Shown here piece after piece: positions 38,009 through 40,320 of a stretch of 40,320 nucleotides of DNA. The stretch is from contig CAZTYI010000003.1 of assembly GCA_964618335.1 (NCBI GenBank), positions 1 through 40,320 on the forward strand, written 5' to 3'. Position numbers and translations under genes: made by a program. The stretch's first letter is position 1, and each line of letters opens with the position of its first letter. This DNA is from an uncultured bacterium (GTDB lineage: Bacteria; Chlamydiota; Chlamydiia; Chlamydiales; SM23-39). The notes beneath the pieces are model-generated. The model worked only from the letters and a program-made list of their open reading frames with translations. It did no database searches and was not told the DNA's origin.

Positions 38009-38084
38009 AAATATGGTCTTAATTATCTAGCGCACAAAACTAAAAGCATTTCCGTTCATTTTAATAAAATAAATTTTTGAAAAA

Positions 38085-38155
38085 AGGTGGCACCCGGATT
38101 TGAACCGGGGATGGAAGTTTTGCAAACTTCTGCCTTACCGCTTGGCTATACCACC
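38085..38155 (-). tRNA. tRNA-Cys (GCA), CCA not encoded
   Basis: GGTGGTATAGCCAAGCGGTAAGGCAGAAGTTTGCAAAACTTCCATCCCCGGTTCAAATCCGGGTGCCACCT; U73 discriminator followed by a T-run. Confidence 0.97.
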
Positions 38156-38225
38156 TGATTGACCTAGCTCTCTTGTTAGCTAAACTAGCTTGTTGGCTAG
38201 GTTAACTTAACCTTTTAGCTATAGT

Positions 38226-38254
38226 ATTATGGGTGATTTTTTAAAAATAAGCAA
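38226..38254 (-). promoter_or_regulatory. promoter of tRNA-Cys
   Basis: TTGCTT(38254-49)-17 bp-CATAAT(38231-26); the ~60-nt leader contains an ACCTAGC/GCTAGGT inverted repeat. Confidence 0.6.
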
Positions 38255-38435
38255 ATGGTTATTTTTGGGATATTATTAGGTTTGAATTGTTGATAAGAGG
38301 GTATTAATAGGTAAAGTTTTTTTAAAAAATGGGAAGATGTGGGGAATGAGGAAGGGGCAAGGATAAGAGTTTGGGGAGTTGTTTTTAGGGTTTTGGGGAG
38401 GCTGTGTTTTGTTTTTATTTGGGAGGTGGGGGAGT

Positions 38436-40320
38436 TTATTTTTTTCTTTTTCTTCTTTTTTGTTGTTCTGTTGCTCTTGTTGTTTTTTCTGCCATTTTTG
38501 CTCTTATGTCTTTTTGTTGTTCTGCGCTTAATGCTGCTTCTGCTCTTTTTAATTCTTGCGCTGCTTCTGCTCTAGCTTGTTCTGTTGCTTTTGCTTTTGC
38601 TACTGCTTTTGCTCTTGCTACTGTATTTTTTTCTTTCTTTCCTTTTTGTTGGTTTAATTGTCGTAGTTCTGCTTGTGCAATAGTATTTGCATCGATTGTT
38701 GTTTTTAGTTTTGCTTTTGCTTCTGTAACTGCATTCTGTGCTGTTTGTAGTGGTGTTAATGGTTGAGCTCCTCCTTCTGGCGGTGGTGGTACTGGTCTTT
38801 CCCTTAAAGGAGGCGTATATCTTCCTGCTGTAGGGCTTTTGCCTCTTCTTTGTGGTGTAGGGGATGGATTTCTTGGATCTGCTGGTGGTGTTACTTCTAC
38901 TGCAAGTGTAGACGTTGTAGGTGAAAAACCTAGTACTAGAGGGCATTGTGTAGCTTTAATTCCTTGTGCTGTTAAAATTTCAGTTAAAACTTCTTGCGCA
39001 TTTTTATCTTTGCTGTTTTCGATAAAGTTAACTGTAGCATCATTATGCATTTCCCAACGATTGCCATTACGGACTAAAGAGAAAAAATGTCCGGGAACAC
39101 TGATAAGAATAGAATTTAAAACCATGTCTACTTTTAGACTTTCTTCTAAAGCACCTGCATCATTATGAGTATGAAAAGGAATGGTAATTCTATCAGCAAT
39201 AGTAGTTCCTGCAGGAACAGCTATAGAAAAACTATTAAGTTGTTGTGCTTCATTTAAAGCTAAGTAATCTTGTTGTTCGACATTGTCACTGTTTTCTGTT
39301 AATTGTTCAGGAAGGTTTTTTTGGGTATTTAATTTTTTTAGTGCTGCTTGATACTCTAAGTTACTATTTTGGAAATTGGTTGAATCGGTATGATAAAAAT
39401 TTCCTAATGAGGGAACATAACAAAATTGTTCTTTAACAGTTGAAAATCCATCTATCAATTCTTGAAGATTTAGTTCTACGCCTGGTTTATGAGGTAGATG
39501 CCAAACAAATGAAGTTGTTAGGGCTGGTTGTGTTAAAGGATTAGACCCGTTTTGGGTTGAAAGATATGTTCGTTGCTGTCCTAACGATACTGGATTATAT
39601 CTTAAGTTTTGAAAAATACATTCTAGAAATTTAGGCGCGTCATTAGGTTCATTAGGTTTAAAAGGTGTAATTTTTTCTTGGGAGGGGTTTGTTGTGTCGT
39701 TGATTAAGTTTAGTTTTTGGAAAAGAGCTTTTTGTAAGCTTTTAATTTTTTCTTGATCAGGCTCTGGTGCATGAAGTTGTTCATATAACTCGCGTAGTAT
39801 CTTTTTTAAATTTTTTTGCAAATTAGTATCATTATCGCGATCTTGGAATAATTCAATGGCATTTGGTTGGCTGAATAAAAAAGCAGTAGCAGCATTGGCA
39901 TAGCAGCTATTACTGTAATTTGGCAGACCGCTAAATGAAACTTTATTAGCAGCAATGCCTTCAATTTCTACGCCTGTTCTTTTAATAGCTGCTTCTGCTG
40001 TTGGTTTTTCTTGAAATTCCAAAGGAGCTTGGGTAGCAGTACCAGTAGTAGCAGTTCCTTCAGTTAAATTAAGTGTAGTAGTCTGTTGTAAAGGAAGAAG
40101 GGAAGCTCCTTCAAAAGTATGTAATGTTCCCATTAGCTCCATGACTTTTTGTGCAGATTCTAAATAAGCTGGATCACCTGGTTTTAATCCTTCAGCTATT
40201 TTATCGCCTCTTAAGAAAGTTACTCTGTAGTAAAAATCACCAACTTGTAATATTCCTTCGTTTGGATTTGTGATTTCAGAGGGTGTTTCTTCTACTGGGG
40301 TTGTTAGTTCTGGTGATATT
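38436..40320 (-). CDS. USP (peptidase C19)-like deubiquitinase domain protein, 5' end beyond the window; putative effector
   Basis: Cys box GLPNYSNSCYANA, NDAPKFL motif, His box GHFFSLVR...WEMHNDATV. The frame stays open upstream of 40142 to the window edge (..ISPELTTPVEETPSEITNPNEGILQVGDFYYRVTFLRGDKIAEGLKPGDPAYLESAQKV-MELMG..). Confidence 0.8.
   Translation of the reverse strand, partial: ISPELTTPVEETPSEITNPNEGILQVGDFYYRVTFLRGDKIAEGLKPGDPAYLESAQKVMELMGTLHTFEGASLLPLQQTTTLNLTEGTATTGTATQAPLEFQEKPTAEAAIKRTGVEIEGIAANKVSFSGLPNYSNSCYANAATAFLFSQPNAIELFQDRDNDTNLQKNLKKILRELYEQLHAPEPDQEKIKSLQKALFQKLNLINDTTNPSQEKITPFKPNEPNDAPKFLECIFQNLRYNPVSLGQQRTYLSTQNGSNPLTQPALTTSFVWHLPHKPGVELNLQELIDGFSTVKEQFCYVPSLGNFYHTDSTNFQNSNLEYQAALKKLNTQKNLPEQLTENSDNVEQQDYLALNEAQQLNSFSIAVPAGTTIADRITIPFHTHNDAGALEESLKVDMVLNSILISVPGHFFSLVRNGNRWEMHNDATVNFIENSKDKNAQEVLTEILTAQGIKATQCPLVLGFSPTTSTLAVEVTPPADPRNPSPTPQRRGKSPTAGRYTPPLRERPVPPPPEGGAQPLTPLQTAQNAVTEAKAKLKTTIDANTIAQAELRQLNQQKGKKEKNTVARAKAVAKAKATEQARAEAAQELKRAEAALSAEQQKDIRAKMAEKTTRATEQQKRRKRKK

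Noticed and set aside
35426-38155. Genomic island integrated at tRNA-Cys carrying the Schlafen-like gene
   Set aside because: The core gene rsmI lies between them, and no integrase or duplicated tRNA 3' end was seen.
38339-38946. Hydrophobic ORFs 38339-38575 and 38404-38766, and basic ORF 38572-38946
   Set aside because: Shadows of the low-complexity coiled-coil tail of the USP gene.
3584-39436. Many short antisense or alternate-frame ORFs in the ORF track (e.g. 3844-4215, 10107-10505, 14689-15078, 23921-24493, 34029-34346)
   Set aside because: They lie within well-supported genes, carry no recognisable motifs and have the Ser/Phe/Leu-rich composition of shadow frames.
1-40320. CRISPR arrays, IS elements, prophage, rRNA
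   Set aside because: No regularly spaced repeats, transposase, integrase, phage genes or rRNA-like sequence were seen; all intergenic gaps are under about 450 bp.

Overview
AT-rich chromosomal segment from a member of the Chlamydiota, most likely an environmental (non-Chlamydiaceae) lineage. The assignment is inferred from gene content and order: dxr-long rseP, CIRCE-hrcA-grpE-dnaK, serS-VIT1-P1B ATPase, a UPF0158 protein, a fused E1 alpha/beta 2-oxoacid dehydrogenase, yycJ-like/ftsK, comEC, hprK-ptsH-ptsI, dnaX and a groES-less divergent groEL. Most of the window is housekeeping: about 27 CDS and two tRNAs (His-GUG, Cys-GCA). No CRISPR array, rRNA, transposase or integrase was seen. The most interesting items are: (1) a 5'-truncated gene at the right edge encoding a eukaryote-like ubiquitin-specific protease (USP/peptidase C19) domain with intact Cys and His boxes, followed by Pro-rich, coiled-coil and C-terminal NLS-like segments, a candidate host-directed deubiquitinase effector; (2) a stand-alone Schlafen/AlbA_2-HATPase_c_4-wHTH gene whose promoter is wrapped in interlocking inverted repeats; (3) a frameshifted, internally deleted Phd/YefM antitoxin relic missed by the ORF track; (4) an orphan membrane-hairpin gene divergent from hrcA across the CIRCE; (5) an intact PgpH-type c-di-AMP phosphodiesterase, a P1B-4 ATPase/VIT1 metal-export pair and a permease-less regulatory PTS. 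All calls come from reading motifs by eye; no database searches were run.
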